In this document: in pieces, positions 55,151 through 57,497 of the stretch
Numbering within the stretch: position 1 is the first letter of the stretch
Layout: the number at the start of each line of letters is the position of its first letter
Source: an uncultured Fimbriimonadales bacterium
GTDB lineage: Bacteria > Armatimonadota > Fimbriimonadia > Fimbriimonadales > GBS-DC
NCBI GenBank assembly: GCA_964451985.1
Contig: CAYVKB010000005.1
Span: 1-57,497 of the forward strand
Reading direction: 5' to 3'
Length of the DNA: 57,497 bases
The notes under the pieces: generated by a model
The model's database searches: none
The model's input: the letters and a program-made list of their open reading frames with translations, nothing else
Told to the model about the DNA's origin: nothing
Made by a program: the position numbers and the translations under genes

Positions 55151-57189
55151 TCCACACGCACCGTGAACTGCAGCGTACCCTGTCCACCAACAGGTACGTT
55201 CGGCACACTCCAAACTACCTGTCCGTTCTCCAAACGTGCGGCGGGATTACTGCCCACCAGCGTCATACCTTGCGGCAGAGGTACAGCAATCCTCACATTC
55301 GTGCCCGGCGCTGTGCCTCGATTGCGATAGGTCACTGTGAACTGCACGGTCTGTCCGGGCAGCACCTGCGCGTTCTGGGGGCTAATTTCCAACGCGATTT
55401 CAGGCGCACTGTAAAACACATGCCCTGTCTGACGCGGAATCGGCACCACCGTACCTGCGCGAATCAGGTTCCGATCCCAGTCGTACAGGTCACGTGGTAC
55501 AGTGAAGGTAAAGTCGCGATTGTGAGTCGGGTTGAATACCACGATTCCGTTCTCGTAGTTGCGCACGAACAGCCCACCCGACACGAGGTCGCCGTTCAGA
55601 ATACGATAGTTCTCCGTCCAGCGTCCAAGTGGGACGAACAGTTCAGGTGGGTAGAATCCGTCAGGATACTGCAGGTCGCTACCGCCGCGCGGCTCAATTT
55701 CTACATAAGTGTTATCGTGCTGCACAATTAGGCAGCCAGCGATTGCGAAGCGTATCCGCTGCGGAGTGTCTGTTAAGCCTGGCACATAAGTTGGATGCAG
55801 AATAGTTAACTTATCGGGGTACTCTGTGGCAAGCCGTATCTGGTCGCGCAGTGTCCACGCTTGCCAATTGTTAAGGTCCTGCGTTGTGCCATAGTTCAGA
55901 ACAGTAGTTCGATTCTGTCGAGTGCGAGCGTGTGTGAACGCATGCTCAATCAGAAAACCGCCCACATTAGGCAAAGTCGCTACCCCGGGCGCATCGGGCC
56001 CGCCGTTCATCCCGCGTAGCCAAAAGGCAGGTGACCACGCAACGTTGGGGATGATGGTTGCGCCGAACTCCGATTGCAACCGTGAGCCGAGATAGTTGAG
56101 CGCGTCTACCACCGTTTGTGCCCACACATTGATGTTGCCATAGTTTACTGCGTTCACCCCAACGCGCATATCCACATCATCAAAAAACACATAGCGCGGG
56201 CGACTCATCCGAAGTATGAAGTCGCGTAGGCTCTGCCACGCCCGCTCGCGCACCTGGGAGAGACCCACATCAACGTAGTAAGCAACACCGTCCCCCGTCA
56301 TCATTCGCTCTCCTGCAGCGTTACGCAGAAACCAGTTCGGATGGTTCTGGTTTAAGTCGTCGTAATTATAAATATCCCTGTTGTGGCGAGCAGATGGATC
56401 TATCACTGCACCGCTAAAAAACACGTAGAGCACACAGAGGGTATTCGGATAGTGACGCCTGAAAACCGCTTCGTGCCGGGGTGAACCAAGCGTAAGACCT
56501 ACAGGCAGGTCAGGTAAATCAAGATACAGATCGTGTTGAGGGTTCACAAGAGCGATTTTCAACCCGTTGGGCAAGGTATTGGGGCGCATCACCGTTCGGG
56601 TAGAGACGGCCCGCACATCGTCCAACCATATCGTTCCGGAGGCTGCGCCCGCTCGTAGTTCAATCTCTAATCTAAAGGAAAACACAGGTTGCCCTTGCGC
56701 ATTTGCTTCCACAGGCACTACCATCGAGAATTGCTGCCAGCCGTTGGTCGGCTCACTGCGCGGATGGATGATGTACGCACGCCGGCTGCCTGTGGACACA
56801 AAAGCGGAGTAGGTTGCGTTTTGAAACCCCTCGGCGCGCAGCGCGAAGCGCACCAGAATCGCTTCGCCCACCTCTGGCTTCAAGAAAGCGTTGAAATTCG
56901 CAGTTAAAAGAAGCGACGCCCAGCCCGCTGCACCGTCACTGCGCTGAAAAACAACTCGTTGTGATGCTGTGCCTTCATACTTCGACTGATAATCTAAGCT
57001 CAGCTGAAAATGGGCGGGGTTGATTTCCGGAGCGGTACTAAAAGATATTTCGTCTGCGCGTCCGTTCCTGTCAAAATCATATTCAGCGTGTCCTGCATGC
57101 GCAAAAAAATCCAGTTGCGCTACCTGCTGCGCTCCAGCAAGCAACACTCCACACGCAAGAATCGTCCCAATACTCAGAAGTCGTCGCAT
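55147..57189 (-). CDS. Secreted protein: CBM-like jelly-roll plus glycoside-hydrolase-like TIM barrel plus C-terminal DUF11 repeat
   Basis: Signal peptide MRRLLSIGTILACGVLLAGA after a GGAGGGAG SD. GTASQRVVFQRS...IWLDDVRAV, then HPNWFLRNAAGERMMTGDGVAYYVDVG...YVFFDDVDM. The DUF11-like end reads GQTVQFTVTYRNRGTAPGTNVRIAVPLPQGMTLV...GQGTLQFTVRVE. Confidence 0.7.
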   Translation of the reverse strand: MRRLLSIGTILACGVLLAGAQQVAQLDFFAHAGHAEYDFDRNGRADEISFSTAPEINPAHFQLSLDYQSKYEGTASQRVVFQRSDGAAGWASLLLTANFNAFLKPEVGEAILVRFALRAEGFQNATYSAFVSTGSRRAYIIHPRSEPTNGWQQFSMVVPVEANAQGQPVFSFRLEIELRAGAASGTIWLDDVRAVSTRTVMRPNTLPNGLKIALVNPQHDLYLDLPDLPVGLTLGSPRHEAVFRRHYPNTLCVLYVFFSGAVIDPSARHNRDIYNYDDLNQNHPNWFLRNAAGERMMTGDGVAYYVDVGLSQVRERAWQSLRDFILRMSRPRYVFFDDVDMRVGVNAVNYGNINVWAQTVVDALNYLGSRLQSEFGATIIPNVAWSPAFWLRGMNGGPDAPGVATLPNVGGFLIEHAFTHARTRQNRTTVLNYGTTQDLNNWQAWTLRDQIRLATEYPDKLTILHPTYVPGLTDTPQRIRFAIAGCLIVQHDNTYVEIEPRGGSDLQYPDGFYPPELFVPLGRWTENYRILNGDLVSGGLFVRNYENGIVVFNPTHNRDFTFTVPRDLYDWDRNLIRAGTVVPIPRQTGHVFYSAPEIALEISPQNAQVLPGQTVQFTVTYRNRGTAPGTNVRIAVPLPQGMTLVGSNPAARLENGQVVWSVPNVPVGGQGTLQFTVRVE

Positions 57190-57254
57190 CGTCTCCCTCC
57201 TCTCGGGTCGTTCCATAAACGCCCAAGCCAGACGCCCGTATTTGTGCTAAGGGA

Positions 57255-57260
57255 ATTATA
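57255..57260 (-). promoter_or_regulatory. -10 box (caGGTATAAT) for the 55147-57189 operon (leadered)
   Basis: The minus strand reads gaacaggTATAATtccc, about 65 nt upstream of the ATG. Confidence 0.4.
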
Positions 57261-57400
57261 CCTGTTCAGCAATCTGTGCCATACCCGCGAAAAGTTTAAC
57301 ATCCGCCTCAAGTATGTGCTTACGAGGCTCTTTATGGGGAAATCCTACAACGCCGCAGTGATAACCTCTTCCGCAAAATGTGCCATAATATAAGATAGCC

Positions 57401-57497
57401 ATGGCAATCCAGACACGGCGCGAGGCGCAAGGGCGCATCACCGACCTGTGGAACCGCCCCATCGAGCGGGCGCACGGGCTATCGCTGCGAATCTTAG
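57401..57497 (+). CDS. 5' end of an unidentified CDS running off the window
   Basis: ATG lies 6 nt after TATAAG (57389-57394). 32 open codons (MAIQTRREAQGRITDLWNRPIE...). Confidence 0.3.
   Translation, partial: MAIQTRREAQGRITDLWNRPIERAHGLSLRIL

Overview
This is a 57.5-kb, gene-dense chromosomal segment with about 52 CDS on both strands. I found no rRNA, tRNA, CRISPR array, transposase or integrase. G+C is high in the core: single 60-nt lines counted by hand give about 65% (10561-10620). It drops to about 45% in a few islands (7681-7740 and 45301-45360).

All function calls rest on motif recognition in the supplied translations. No database search was possible.

Taxonomy (inference only): the window has two DUF1559/prepilin-type pseudopilins, a PEP-CTERM protein, DUF1080, DUF11, and many leaderless genes behind a GGTAyAAT -10 box. 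This suggests an Armatimonadota/Planctomycetota-like, possibly thermophilic, bacterium.

Left and centre (1-41.6 kb), mostly housekeeping:
- Amino-acid and central metabolism: aroA, trpS, asd, aroQ plus a class I aldolase, ndk, psuG.
- DNA repair and replication: ogg, radA, lexA, and gyrB carrying a 468-aa LAGLIDADG intein.
- Envelope: rodA, an LptF/G permease, and an orphan Wzt/TagH-like ABC ATPase.
- Other: prkA, an ATL (alkyltransferase-like) gene co-transcribed with an ARC/Mpa-type AAA+ unfoldase, and a ClpC-like protein with a dead first ATPase domain.

Right (41.6-57.2 kb), a lower-GC exopolysaccharide-type locus:
- Four GT2 and two GT4 glycosyltransferases, a Wzx flippase, an FkbM methyltransferase and an SDR epimerase.
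- Two paralogous secreted proteins with a CBM-like module and a glycoside-hydrolase-like (GHL) TIM barrel.
- A 543-aa protein with no recognisable family, and gene-remnant scars.

Best candidates for something undescribed:
1. The ATL-ARC operon.
2. The EPS locus with its paired secreted hydrolase-like proteins and the unknown 543-aa protein.
3. A recurring GGACA-N4-TGTCC hairpin family that starts at stop codons.
4. A structured roughly 130-nt RNA leader ahead of prkA.
5. A candidate autoregulatory LexA box with a non-canonical sequence.
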